Position numbers and translations under genes: made by a program. This document shows positions 11,308 through 23,900 of a stretch of DNA of 64,000 nt, in pieces. The first letter of the stretch is position 1; each line of letters opens with the position of its first letter. Under the pieces are notes generated by a model that saw only the letters and a program-made list of their open reading frames with translations, did not search any database and had not been told where the DNA came from. This DNA is from Mayamaea pseudoterrestris (Eukaryota), in assembly GCA_027923505.1 (NCBI GenBank), contig BROI01000002.1, positions 2,542,001 to 2,606,000 on the forward strand, read 5' to 3'.

Positions 11308-14300
11308 ATGCCCGTCAAATGTTTAGAGCTGCTAAACTTTAAGTCGTATGGAGGAAAACAGGTGATTGGTCCGTTCCACAAATGCTTTTCCGCCATTATC
11401 GGGCCAAACGGAAGCGGGAAATCAAACTGTATGGACGCTATTAGCTTTGTGTTGGGCGTCCAGTCGCGAGACTTGAGGTCCGGCCAAATGAAGGATCTTA
11501 TTTTCCGACCAGCGGGCAATACGAAGCCGCAGAATTTACGCGCAGAAGCAACGCTACTGTTTGAAACAGATAATGGTGAGGAACTCCGATTCTCTCGTTC
11601 CATCTCTCCAAATGGTCATGGCGAGTATAGCGTCAACGGCGTCACAGTCTCCTTTGCGGAATATGAAGCGGCTCTGGCAGAGATTGGTGTCCTTCTCAAG
11701 GCACGCAACTTTTTAGTTTTCCAAGGCGACGTCGAAGCACTGGCGCGGAAGACGCCTGCTGAGCTAGTACATTTGGTGGAAACTATAGCGGGGTCTGGAG
11801 ATCTCAAAGAAGAATACGATATGGCCCTCCAAGATAAAGAAGCGACCGAGCAGAAGACTATTTTTTCTTTTAAAAAGCAGAAAGGATTTCGATCTGAACG
11901 CAAGGTGCTTAAGGAACAAAAGGAAGAAGCGGAGCGCTTTAACCAACTAATGGAAGAGAAGGCTGCCTGTCAGACTGAATACTACCTTTGGCAGCTATTT
12001 CATTTGGACCAAGATAGAGTCGAGCGAGAGGCTGTCATCAAGGAGCTTGGGCAAGACATTGCGGACGTCAAGCAGCGAGAACAAGATTCTGGCGATATTT
12101 TAAAAGAAACTAAGAAGGAGACTAGCGCAGCTCGACGCAAAACTGGGCAGCTTGAAAAGAAACGAGTGCAACTCTCCTCGCAGCTTGGACATTTAGAACC
12201 TGTTGTCATACAGATCACCGAGGAGATCAAAAGCTTGCAGAAGAAACTGAAAGAAGACGAGACGTTGCTTGCTAACAGGAACAGTGACGCCGAGAACCAT
12301 GCCGACACCCTCGTCCGTCTCGAATCGGAAATTGACGAATACCAGCAAACTTTGGAAGACATCGAAAAAGAATATAGCGATGTCAAAAAGAATGCGGTCG
12401 GAGACGACAGCATCGCTTTGACGCCGGAGCAGGAGGGAAAATATGAAGAGGTTCGCCAAGCAGCAGCTGCTGCGAGTGCAGAGCCTCGTCGTAAGCTGGG
12501 ACAATGCAATCGCAAGCTCGATGCTGTTCGCGCAAAACTAGGGAACTTACGGCAGGAACGAGATGACTGCGTTGCGAATCAAAAGGAGGTTACCAAGGAC
12601 ATCAAGGCGCTGCAGGAACGCATTGATAAATTGACCGAGGTAAATTTATCTGTCATTACCTTTCTCGATCTTTTGTTACATGATGTACTCACTAATGGAC
12701 ACGTTCTTGATCTCAGAATCTCGGAAAAACTGCCTTGGATAGAAAGTTAGCGGAAAAGGAGTTTGCAGCAACTCAACATGCCGCTCGCGGCACTCAAATT
12801 CGTCGCGAAGAGCTGGATCGCGAAATCGAAAAGGTCGACGTGATCCTACGAGAGGCCAAAGATGATCGACACAAGAACAAGGATGAAGAACTCTTCTTGC
12901 ATGCGATTGCAACAATGAAGAAGAACATTCCTGGAGTCCAAGGTCGCTTGGTCGATCTTTGTCGCCCTAAAACGCGAAAATATAATCTGAGTGTTACCGT
13001 TGCAGCCGGCAAGGACATGGACGCAATCGTCGTGGATACGCAGCAAACCGGTATTGAGTGTATCAACTACCTCCGCGATAACAAGAAGGGAGTGGCTACT
13101 TTCCTGCCTCTGGACAAGTTGCAGGTCCCTGACCCAGAGTCCACTGAGCAATTGCGCCAGATGATCAGTCACGAACCGAAGTATCGTCTAGTTTTGGACG
13201 CCATCCAATTTGAGGAGCCAGTGAAGAAGGCGGTGCAATACGCGGTTGGCAATACAGTGATCTGTGACGATATTGAATCGGCTCGCGCCTTGTGCTTTGG
13301 CGACCGGCGCAGCAATCGCCATGATGGTGGACGGACGACGCTAACCCGTATCAAAGCAGTCACTCTTGGAGGAGCAGTGATTTCCAAGGCTGGGACGATG
13401 ACTGGCGGAATCTCTGGCGAGGAAACTTCTCGTGCTGGAAGATGGGATGACCAAGAGCTTGCGAAATTGATTGAGAAGAAAGAAAAGCTTGAATTGGAGC
13501 GAGCTGAGCTTGACAATGCCACGGGTGCAAGCTCTCGCGATACACGAATCGAGGAGCTTCGCAATAACATTGGCGATTTCCAAAATCGCGAGCAGTATTC
13601 TAAAAGCGATCTCGAGTATACGAAGAAGCAAATTCATGAGAAGAAAGTGTTGCTTAAGTCGACTGATTCCAATTTGGCAATACTCGATAAACAGTTGTCT
13701 CAAGCCGAGAAAGAGTTCAGTAATGCGGAGACTGCAACGAAGAAAGCTGTCCAAGCTGTCAAGGCCGCCGAAGATGAGCATTTACGACCATTCCGCGAAG
13801 AGACGGGGCTCCAAGACTTGGAGCTTTATGAAGCAACGATTGCCGAGTCGCGCGACGGGTACCAGAAGAAAAAGCGAACTGTTATGGAACACATTGCAAG
13901 CTTGGAGCAACAGAAACAATACGAATCCGGTCGAGATTTACAAGCCCCTATCCGTCGTCTTAAAAAGAGAATTGCTGATCGCAAGATTTCATTAGAGGAG
14001 TGCCAAGAGCATGAAGGCAAAACTGGCGAAAAGGTCAAGGCTAAGAAACAGCAAATTTCCGAGGCCGAGCAGCTTGTAGTTGAAGCAACTTCACGTGAGA
14101 AAGAACTGGAAAAGAGAGTTCAGAGTGCTCAGAAACTTCATAGCGAAGCGCAAAGTGAGTGTACCAAGTTGTCTAAGGCATTGAACACAGAAGAAGCAGC
14201 TTTAGAACGGATTCGCGGCAAGCTTCATGAGACTTTACAAAAGGCTCGGGTCGAAGAAGTGGATCTTCCGTTGCTTGGACCAGGGGGTGTCAAGATCGAC

Positions 14301-15559
14301 AACCGTCGCACTCGCTCGCGTCGTCGTTCTCGGGAAGACGACACAGAGGAAGCAGAGGATGAGAATGTCGAGAGCCAAGCATACAACACCCAGAACAGTA
14401 GTGCCAGCAACACTCAACCGATGACTGAGAACAGTCACGCAATCACTCAGTTCTCGCAAGCGGACAACCCTATCGTCGTCCGCGACCAAGAGCGCGCTTC
14501 ACAAGTAGATATTTCGATGATGCGCGACGCCTTGAAACATCGCCTCAGCGATCGCGACGAGAAACGGCTTCGCAACGAGTTTGAAGATAAGCTGTCAAAC
14601 ATTCTTTCTGACATTGAAAGCATTACACCAAACATGAAGGTACATTTATTCTATGCATGGCCGTTTTTCAATGCGTTACGTACAACTAACATTGCAACCG
14701 TGTCTTCAGGCCAGCGATGCCTTCTCGTCTGCGACACAGCGCTTGAAAGAGAGCAACTCGGACTACGAAAAGACGAAGGACCTTGCGAATAAGGCGGCGA
14801 AAAAGTTTCAGAGCATTAAGGCCAAGCGAGTAAAACGATTTAACGAAGCATTCACCCATATTGACGAAGCTCTCAAAACGATCTACACTGACATGACAAA
14901 AAGTAGCAAGCATCCTTTGGGTGGAAAAGCGTACTTGAGTCTTGATGATACGGAAGAGCCATACCGTGGCGGTCTTAAGTTTAACGCTATGCCGCCTATG
15001 AAACGCTTTCGAGACATGGAACAACTCAGTGGGGGCGAAAAGACAGTCGCTGCTCTTTCCCTTTTGTTCGCGATCCACTCCTACCACCCAGCGCCTTTCT
15101 TCGTCATGGATGAAGGTATGTCTAACGGTAGCTCGTTGCAGTTGGGAAGTTGTTGTGTATGGCGCTCACTCTTCCCTTTTTCCTTTGTAGTCGATGCAGC
15201 TCTTGATAACATCAACCTCCGCAAAGTTTGCAACTACATCAGCAGGCGCAGTAAGGATGATGTTCAATGCATAGTCATTTCTCTCAAGGACATGTTTTAC
15301 GAGCATGCTCAGAGTCTGGTTGGTATTTGCAAGGATGTCGGCACCAATTCGAGTCAAACGTACGTATTTAATGCTATGTTATGGGCATGGTTTTGAGCCT
15401 TTCTCACCTCGATCGTCGTAATTCAGGCTTACATTGAACTTGGACAGATTTGCTCAGCGTGGCGACCCTGATCGCAAACGCCGCCACACCACAGATGGAG
15501 GATTGCCGACGAAGCGCAGCTCTGCAGGGTCAGTACTGGCTTCACCCTCGTCGCAGTAA
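11308..15559 (+). CDS. SMC1: Cohesin subunit SMC1; introns 12640-12716, ~14640-14710, 15116-15190, ~15360-15427
   Basis: NFKSY, Walker [20 protein letters not shown], hinge ([21 protein letters not shown]), [28 protein letters not shown] and Walker B MDE|VDAALD. Confidence 0.95.
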
Positions 15560-15730
15560 ACGACATTATTGGAATGCCGACTTTATCTGTTGGGGCCGGG
15601 AGCGGGTACTTGTAGACGCTAGTGCGTTTTGGGCTCGACTATTATCGGTGCGATTACTTTGATCTCGCGGGGTCAGCTTCCTACTATTATAATTCATGTC
15701 ACAGTCACAATTTCGCTACTGTATCGTCAA

Positions 15731-16738
15731 CTACCACGCGCCGTAACTTTTCCGCAATAGGTCACTTGTCGGTGCAGACTTTGTTGCCAAATTCCCGCGC
15801 TCCACCAGTTTGCTCGCCGTATACAGCGAATGTTCGGTATGCAGAAACTTCCAAACTGAGCCTATTGACTGATGTGAGTCCGCCAACTGCTTGACAGACT
15901 TTAGACTATTCGTTTCTCTCATTGAACGAGCATATAAAGCTTCCGGGGAAAGGCCTACGTCCGGGCTTTCAAGGTAATGGAGCACGTATCCCTTTTTGTT
16001 GTCAAGCCCAAAAATCCAGTCAAAAATGGCCCGGGTACGTTCCATATGAAACTGTTGAAAAAAGAAGTGGTCGTCGTATTCAGCAACGAAGCAAATGACT
16101 GGAGCTAACATAAGGAGACATGATACGTTTGACTAGAAACTTACCTTGCTTGTAACAATGAGCAAATGTCTCCAACTATTGTGATCCGTGTGAGCTGTTC
16201 TTGCATAGTAAGCATTTCCAATCGTGTCGTACGAGGTTGTTTCGACAAAAACGTTTGTTATATTGTGCTTCTTTATGAGGTATGCAGCCGATGATGTGGC
16301 TTCCCAAACTGGCAATCCATCATGTCCAAGTAGCTGAGGAAGATGCGCCGTACCGGCCGATAAACAAAGAATCGGTAGACCCATTTTTCGGTTCTTTCTT
16401 CTCGTTGACAATAGATTGTATCGCTGGACGACCTGAGCCGCATCGTCGCATCGTTGTTGGACGTAAATTGGTGGATTGTCAATGTTCTCAGGAACTCCTC
16501 CGCCGAGGACGAGGACGGCGTCGATAGAAAAGAGAATATCTAACGGAATTTCTTGCGGACTATTAAATAACGCGGAGCGAGGCGACAGTGAGCTACCGCC
16601 AAAAAGTCGAAACATGACTAGCAGCGCAATGGCAGCGACAAAGCCAGACGTCGTAGTTGCGAGCGAGCGAATGGACCAGGCCGACTGTTGCTGGTGATTG
16701 GCACGATGATTCTGCAATCTTCGCCTCGATCCTGCCAT
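15731..16738 (-). CDS. DUF218/YdcF-like protein with N-terminal membrane anchor, intron 16052-16144
   Basis: DAVLVLGGG, CLSAG, VETTSYDTIGNA and LIVTSK|FHMERTRAIF match the DUF218 pattern. Confidence 0.75.
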
Positions 16739-16892
16739 AGCAAAATGAACTGGCTGTTATACTTTCCTACCGGTATGCAAATCTGAATAAAACAGACAAG
16801 CAGAATGATAGCAAGTGTGACGCGATTGGATTGCCGTCGTCACGTCTTGCAAACGTATCATTAAATATCATGAATACTTGAATCGTGTGAAT

Positions 16893-16968
16893 TGGCTTAG
16901 CCGAACTAAGAACCATTTTGCCGCACTGCGACACGTACTCATGATCTGGCTGAGCCGAACTACCGGTA
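16893..16968. promoter_or_regulatory. Candidate regulatory module in a divergent promoter: direct repeat TGGCT(T/G)AGCCGAACTA x2, the second copy overlapping TACCGGTA
   Basis: Copies at 16893-16908 and 16947-16962; TACCGGTA at 16961. Confidence 0.4.
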
Positions 16969-17092
16969 TATCCTTATGTCAGCATAATATCCTAACGGAG
17001 ACTGGATTTTATTGAACTTGCGCTACAACCATCCCAATGTTTGATTACCATCGCAGGTCATCAACAGAATACTATAAGAGCGCTACCCAACT

Positions 17093-20000
17093 ATGGCAAT
17101 GTGCGAGCGACGACGAATATCGCCATGCAGCAAGTGGCGATCCATGAGCCGCAGACTTACTTTTGTTCCTATTCTGTTGCTTCTCCATTGGCAGATGCAA
17201 CCTTCCGAGGCCTTTCTGCATATATCTGGCACGAAACGAAGTAAGCTAATAAACGAGCTACAAAAGCCAGCCACGTCGCATGCATCATATCTTCAGACAT
17301 TTGGTGAAAATCGTCAAGATGATGATATGATAAAGCACACTCATCGACGACAGCTGCCAACGCCGAAAGATGTGGCCGATGCTGATGCGCTTCGTCGAAG
17401 ATACCTGCTTTTCTCCATGTTGGCGACATTCGGTGCTTCTCCCATACTTCAAGCTTCCGCAGCCCAAGCCAAAGATATAATAGTCGGTCCAAATGTAGAA
17501 GTTTTGACGCCTGCTACATTACCAACTACGAACATTTTCAAGCCCCCAACCGACAATAGGGACTATCTTGCATATAAACTAGACAATGGACTTCGCGTCT
17601 TGCTCTGCAGTGATCCTTCTTCCATTGAAGCAGCTGCCGCTATGGATGTGCATGTTGGGGCCTGCTCGGATCCTGATACAGTCAAGGGTTTGGCGCATTT
17701 CAACGAACACATGCTTTTTCTCGGTACCAAGGATTTTCCAAAGGAAGACAGTTTTGAAGCTTTTCTAGCAGCCAACGGTGGACGATCCAACGCCTACACA
17801 GACGCTGAAAATACTGTCTATTACTTTGACATGGTGGCTTCTGTCGATGGTCGTGTTGCGGAGGGGTTGCGGCGGTTTGGGAGTGTCTTTGCAACTCCAC
17901 TCTTCACTGAATCGGCAACGGAACGCGAATTGAGAGCGATCGATTCGGAGAATGCCAAGAATCTGCAATCAGACACCTTTCGTTACTTTCAAATGGCCAA
18001 GTCTAGGGCAAACCGTGATCATCCGTTCAGCAAATTCTTCACGGGAAACAAGAAAACTCTGCTAGATGATACACGGGCCCAAGGAATCGACTTGCAGCAG
18101 GAGCTTGTTAATTTTTATCAGCAGTATTACAGCGCCAATCAAATGACTTTGGCAATCGCTGGACCGCAGTCGATTGAAGAGCTGCAAACCATGGTGCAGG
18201 ATGCCTTTGCCAGCGTTCCTGATCGACAATCGCCAAAACCGGAGGAGGCTTGGAAAGGTATCGCCCCATTCACGTATGGCGCAGACTCAATCGTTCCGTC
18301 ATTTTACCATATCGTGGAAATGGTCCCTGTACAAGACATTCGACAAATTTCGATATCATGGCCCGTCGTCTATCAGGATGAACTGGAACGAACGAGCATT
18401 CTCTTTGACAAGCCAAGTAATTATGTCGCGCATTTACTAGGGCACGAAGGATCGGGATCGCTACTGACGTATTTGAAGCGGCAGGGGTGGGCAACATCAC
18501 TCGCAACTGCCACTGAGGAGCAGCTTTCAGACTTTGAATCGTTCGAAATTGTTGTTGGGCTAACAAGGCAAGGCTTAAACGCTGTGGAAAGTGTAGTGGG
18601 AGCAATCTATTCATATTTAAGATTACTTCGTGACCGTGCTATTCCTGACTACGTCTTTGATGAGGTCTTTCGTCTCGATGAACTGTACTGGCGTTTTTCG
18701 AGCAAGGGAAACGTCGGAGGATATGTGCAGGGCCTTGCAGCATCCATGCAAAAGTATCCAGCACCACTATACATTGCCGGACCTCGACGCCTCGCTTTAA
18801 CGGAATATGAACGTTGGCAGCTATCGGGCGAACCTCGTCCCACTTTTAAGTCGAGAGTGCAGCTTGAGAATACACGCATGCTAGTAAGCAGGTATCTTGA
18901 AGCCTTAACAGTTGACAATGCTATAATGACAGTTATCAGCAAGGATTTCGAAGGAAAGACAACTCAGCAAGAAGTTTGGTACGGAACGAAGTATCGGGCG
19001 CGACGAATCGATGATAAAATGCTAGAAAATTGGCGAGATGCCGCACCCGCACGTACAATGCAAATTGATTACCCGAAACCGAACAGATTTATTCCATCGG
19101 AGGCGGGTCTTCGAGTAAAGTTACCGGTTCAAAAGCCGATAAATCAGAAGCAGACATTTGAAGCCAAGTTACGGGCGCCGACCGCTCCTTGGATAATTCG
19201 AGACGATGATCGCTGGACAGTTTACTTTAAACCGGACGAGCAGTTTGGACAACCTAAAGGCTACGTCATAATGGAGCTTGTCACGAGCGATGTGTTTTCA
19301 ACTCCTGCAAAAGCTGCAACTGGGAATTTGTTTGAATTGGCTGTATCGGACCGTTTAAGCGAGTATGCATATGACGCATCACTCGCAGGTCTAGTTTACG
19401 AGGTGAAAGTCCTTCCGAGAGGTGTCCGGCTCACCTTCGGCGGATACAGTGATAAGCTTAGAGTGTTTGCCTCCTACATTTCCAAAAAGCTATCCAAAAA
19501 GGTTGATGACATTTTACCAAAGACGGAAGCAGAGTTTGAGCGCTACAAGGACCAAATTTTACGAGCGCTCTCGGCCTTTGACGTCAAGCAGCCGTACGCT
19601 CACGCCTCATACTACGCTCAAATTACCCTGCAGCCGCATCGTTTCCAGTATGACAATAGTGAGCTCCTCGCGGCGACCAGACGAGTAACATTGTCTGACT
19701 TGATCGAGTACTCGAAAAATCTGTGGAGATCTGGCAAGGGCGAAGCTTTGATTCAAGGCAATTTCGATGAGAAGGAGGCCCTAAGTCTTGTTGCTGGACT
19801 TGATGCTGCTATCCCTTTCCAAACCATTCCGAACGACGAGTATCCTCCTCGCCTGACCGCTCTTCCTTTGCCGCAATCAAAGGAAAGTATATTGCCGACG
19901 CGTCTAGTTATCACGGAGTCCAACCCCAATAATGAAAATAGCGTATGTTACGTCATGCTCCAAAGCTTGGGCAAGACGGAGAAAGACCACGTCATGATGG

Positions 20001-20620
20001 AACTTTTATCATCAATTTTGGAGCAGCCTTTTTACGACTCTCTGCGCACCAAGCAACAGCTGGGATACATTGTAAATTCCGGTCTGCGTGGCGTTGGTGA
20101 ATCGCGAACGCTGTCTTTCATTGTCCAATCGGCGGTAGCAACCGCCGATAAGCTGACTTTGGAAATTATAAGGTTCCTCGATGCTGCCGAATCAACTTTG
20201 CTGGAGAAGCTGCCAAAAGGTGATCTTGCTGTGTACATAAAGAGTCTCATAGATCGCAAGACAGAGCCCGACAAGGACCTGATAGCTGAGGTCACTCGCA
20301 ACTGGTCTGAAATTTCAAGCGGTCGTCGACAGTTTGATCGGATCCAGTGCGAAGCTGCAGCATTGTTGGAGATAGACAAGGAGGAATTACTTAAGTTTTG
20401 GAAGGCAGTCTACTCGGGTGATGGCAGGCGGGTCTTGATCTGCGAAATGATTCCCCAGGTAGGTCCTGCCTCCTCCGAACAACCACCAGCATCCGCCGGG
20501 TATTCATCAAAGAAATTGGTAACCGATGGCTTGCTGCTAGGGATTGACGACGTTCCAGCCTTTCGGCACGACCGCGAGAGACTTCAGGCGACTGATGCTC
20601 CTGCTGTTCCATTGGCATGA
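17093..20620 (+). CDS. M16A insulysin/pitrilysin-family metallopeptidase with plastid presequence
   Basis: Inverted zinc motif HFNEH, NGGRSNAYT, LLGHEGSGSLL, YDSLRTKQQLGYIV; single 1175-aa ORF. Confidence 0.92.
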   Translation: MAMCERRRISPCSKWRSMSRRLTFVPILLLLHWQMQPSEAFLHISGTKRSKLINELQKPATSHASYLQTFGENRQDDDMIKHTHRRQLPTPKDVADADALRRRYLLFSMLATFGASPILQASAAQAKDIIVGPNVEVLTPATLPTTNIFKPPTDNRDYLAYKLDNGLRVLLCSDPSSIEAAAAMDVHVGACSDPDTVKGLAHFNEHMLFLGTKDFPKEDSFEAFLAANGGRSNAYTDAENTVYYFDMVASVDGRVAEGLRRFGSVFATPLFTESATERELRAIDSENAKNLQSDTFRYFQMAKSRANRDHPFSKFFTGNKKTLLDDTRAQGIDLQQELVNFYQQYYSANQMTLAIAGPQSIEELQTMVQDAFASVPDRQSPKPEEAWKGIAPFTYGADSIVPSFYHIVEMVPVQDIRQISISWPVVYQDELERTSILFDKPSNYVAHLLGHEGSGSLLTYLKRQGWATSLATATEEQLSDFESFEIVVGLTRQGLNAVESVVGAIYSYLRLLRDRAIPDYVFDEVFRLDELYWRFSSKGNVGGYVQGLAASMQKYPAPLYIAGPRRLALTEYERWQLSGEPRPTFKSRVQLENTRMLVSRYLEALTVDNAIMTVISKDFEGKTTQQEVWYGTKYRARRIDDKMLENWRDAAPARTMQIDYPKPNRFIPSEAGLRVKLPVQKPINQKQTFEAKLRAPTAPWIIRDDDRWTVYFKPDEQFGQPKGYVIMELVTSDVFSTPAKAATGNLFELAVSDRLSEYAYDASLAGLVYEVKVLPRGVRLTFGGYSDKLRVFASYISKKLSKKVDDILPKTEAEFERYKDQILRALSAFDVKQPYAHASYYAQITLQPHRFQYDNSELLAATRRVTLSDLIEYSKNLWRSGKGEALIQGNFDEKEALSLVAGLDAAIPFQTIPNDEYPPRLTALPLPQSKESILPTRLVITESNPNNENSVCYVMLQSLGKTEKDHVMMELLSSILEQPFYDSLRTKQQLGYIVNSGLRGVGESRTLSFIVQSAVATADKLTLEIIRFLDAAESTLLEKLPKGDLAVYIKSLIDRKTEPDKDLIAEVTRNWSEISSGRRQFDRIQCEAAALLEIDKEELLKFWKAVYSGDGRRVLICEMIPQVGPASSEQPPASAGYSSKKLVTDGLLLGIDDVPAFRHDRERLQATDAPAVPLA

Positions 20621-20932
20621 TGAGTTCACTGTCAATCCAAAGGCTGAAGTACTATGTTCACTGCATGCTACCATGGACTCACGTACTGAAATTAGTTAGT
20701 TACCGGTAAATTGTTTATATATAATGTGCATTGTGCTTTGCCAGAAATGCGCTAGTTATTGTGAGTCCAGCCATCGCAGTGCAAGGTAGTCTTGCCATAA
20801 CAGCTTGTCGTACCGGCACCACGGCATGACCGAAAAGGCTTTCGAGGCTGCACCGCCGCCACCGCGCCTTACCTCGTCAAAGTCGCTTCTCAATCTATCT
20901 AAGTCTCCATCGTAAATATTAGCGTATTGCAA

Positions 20933-23900
20933 ATGCATACTCCAAGCTCACCGCCTCAGCGCAGAGGCACGGTCGGATTCAACCCTGGCAGTCTTCCGGT
21001 TCCTCCTTTAATGATGTCATCGTCCTCATCGCTGCAGCAGTCGCAGCATCGACCAACTTTCGCGCAAAACATGGCCGAGAGTATGACGATTGACGAAATG
21101 CGTCAACTACACCAGCGCGCCTTAAGCGACGCTGAAGCCAAACGCACTGAGCTTCAGTTGGTCTTGGCGAGTCGTTATCGCGAGTTGGTGGGAAGCTCGG
21201 ATGAAGTTATTCGCATGAAGGAGCGGTCACAAGAGCTACATGATTTGGTGCATGCCTTACCGACGCTTATGGAAAAGCTTTCAAAGCCACTGTCAATGAA
21301 TGAATTGGAAAGCAAGGTGGCGGAGGAAAAGGACGGAAATGAGTTGAGCGAGAATGCTGAGCAGTCGATTTGTCTTCGCAGAGTGATTCAGCTCCGACAC
21401 GATCTTTCGTCACTCCCTCGCTTAATTCATCGCTTACTTGACAAAAACAATGTTCACGAGGCATCAGTTCAGCTAATTCATCTTTTCAATATTATTGCTG
21501 GACAATCAGATGCCTATCCACTGGCGAATCAGTTGGCGACGATTAAACCGACTGCCATTCCACAACCTTCTAGTTTGGACCCTTCGCTCAGGGCGCAAAT
21601 GAAGATGGTCTATTTGCAAATGATGACACTGCCTGGGAAGATTACGCGTATTGCCAAGCGCAATCTTTTGCGGTCGGCTAGCTATGGTATCGATCAAAGT
21701 AGTACTAATGATCGAATGATGACTACCGCAGCGGCGCGGTCAGCGGCCGCCTTGGCGGCGGTGAACATGTTGGAACACGATCATCAAACGACGATCCGAG
21801 CTACGGCCTTGCTGGACATTTACTTTGACTCAAAAGCCAAGCTCCTAGTCAATATATTGGAAAAGTTGTCTGTTCGAAAGGACTTAGACGAAAGCCTAGC
21901 GACCAATACGAGCAACACAGCCATTGACGCCGATGTTGTTCTGTCCAAGATTGTCTTGATCCTGCAGTACGATATTGTTTTGCATCCACACTTCATTTTT
22001 TGCAGAAAGGGTTTTGCTACGTTAGCGACATTGCCCACTTTTGAAACATTTGTCGTCCAGGCCAAAGTTTCGAAATTCCTCGCCAAAATGCTTCCGCTGG
22101 TTCGAAGCAAGGCCAAGTCAGTCCTTGTGAATATTGCTGGGACGACGGCTGCAGCGTTGGGACAAATCCGACAAAGCTTGTACGACAAGACTGATGGAGC
22201 TGAAGTGACGAAATCGTTGGAGTGGACGGACGCTACGAGGGACCTGGTGTCGACGCGTGACGTTTTCCAGGCTGACACTGCCGCAGCAATGGAACTCCAG
22301 CAGCGGCAGTTCTCGCTATGGAGCGCTTTGTTCTCAGCGACGTTTAGCTCCTTGGTGAATTCCTTGCTCAGCACTGTGTTTGGGAGTGTTCATTCAAACG
22401 TAGTGGCGATGCTCACGGCGAGCTTGGCCAATGCACCTGCGTTGGCGTCAATCCAGCCCCACGAGGCATATCGCAAGACGCTCCAGATTGCCGTTCATCT
22501 CGATCAAGCTTTGTTAAAAGTGTCAGAAGATGCGCATGAGCTTCTTGTCCATGCCGAGGAGCGAGAGGAGAGTGAACGTCGGCTTAGACAGTCACTTTAC
22601 GTGCAAACCTGCGAGATCCTTGGACGCTTGCTTCATGAGTTGCGTCGCATGGCAGTCAGCAAAAGTGCGAATGACGCGGATGCAACGAAAGCGCTTATTA
22701 TTGGAAGGTTATGTTTTCTATTAAAGTTCCGTTTGACGGCGTTACCGAAATTGTTGGATGCGCAATCTTCGCCTGCTGCGTTGCAACATAATTTAGGCAT
22801 GATTGCATTTGTCGATCTGCAATCTGCTTTTGAACTTGCTGACGATGACGAAGATGGTGTCATTCGAATGGCCGAGGCGCTGGAAGCTGTGGATAGTGCA
22901 TTCTCCGGAACTCAATTCCGTGGAGCCGAGATGCTTAGAGAGACATTGCTTCTAGACCGCGACGGATCGACGGCGGTTGATGCAAACGATATGGAGGTTT
23001 CCAACACTGCTCCATTTAATGTTACCTTGCATGAGCTTACGCTCTTGACCGCAAGAGGACTTCGTCATGACAGTGCAGGGTCGGCGAGTGCGCTTGGTAC
23101 TGTCCAAGCCGCGTTAGATTCGATTGTCGCCCAATGTTTCTCGGTCTGGGCAAAGTATGCCACATCCGACTCGGCGACTCGTTTCAAAACTAAGATGACC
23201 GAGTTTGTGCATGAAGCTTGCACAGAGCCTGACATGGAATGGAACCGATTGCATCCGATATCGAATGTTTCGCATCACCTCGTTGGCTTTGTTCTCGATC
23301 TCGCCTCAATTTTGAATCGCACGGTTTGCCCATCGGATTCTATCTCACCCGTTCCAAGCACGGAGTACGCTGTGTCCCTGGGTGTTACTGTGGAAAACAA
23401 TAGGATTCCGAGAGTCATGGATACTGTCCGCTTTGCACTTATTCACCAGGGTGTCTTCTTTGTTTCCTTAGTTCTGAATCAGAGCTTGATCTCTTCCGCG
23501 ACTGCGAAGCCGACTTTCATGAACATTGGAACACTAGCGTCGAAGCAGCTTAACATTGATTTGGAGTTTCTCAAAGCTTGTTTCGTCGAACGGATGCATT
23601 GGGAACGTGGCATGGAAACGCAGTCGAAAGAGTTGTCAACTGCTATTGACAAGATTTTGACTCACTGTAGACAAATTGCCGAGATTTCAAGCGAACAAGT
23701 AGGAGAACTTGTACAGGGTGTGCTGACAGGTCTGGATGCTTGGCTTGCTTCATTATTGGGCGAGAGCATGGCGCCCAGTCTCTCGGCGATTGCTGCTACG
23801 GATTTTGGCTTTTCGAGCTCGTCGTCAAGTCCAATCTTCCCCATGCCACTTGTCTCCTCTGTTCGCTTTAACGTTCTTCCAGTACAGGCTGATCGATCGC

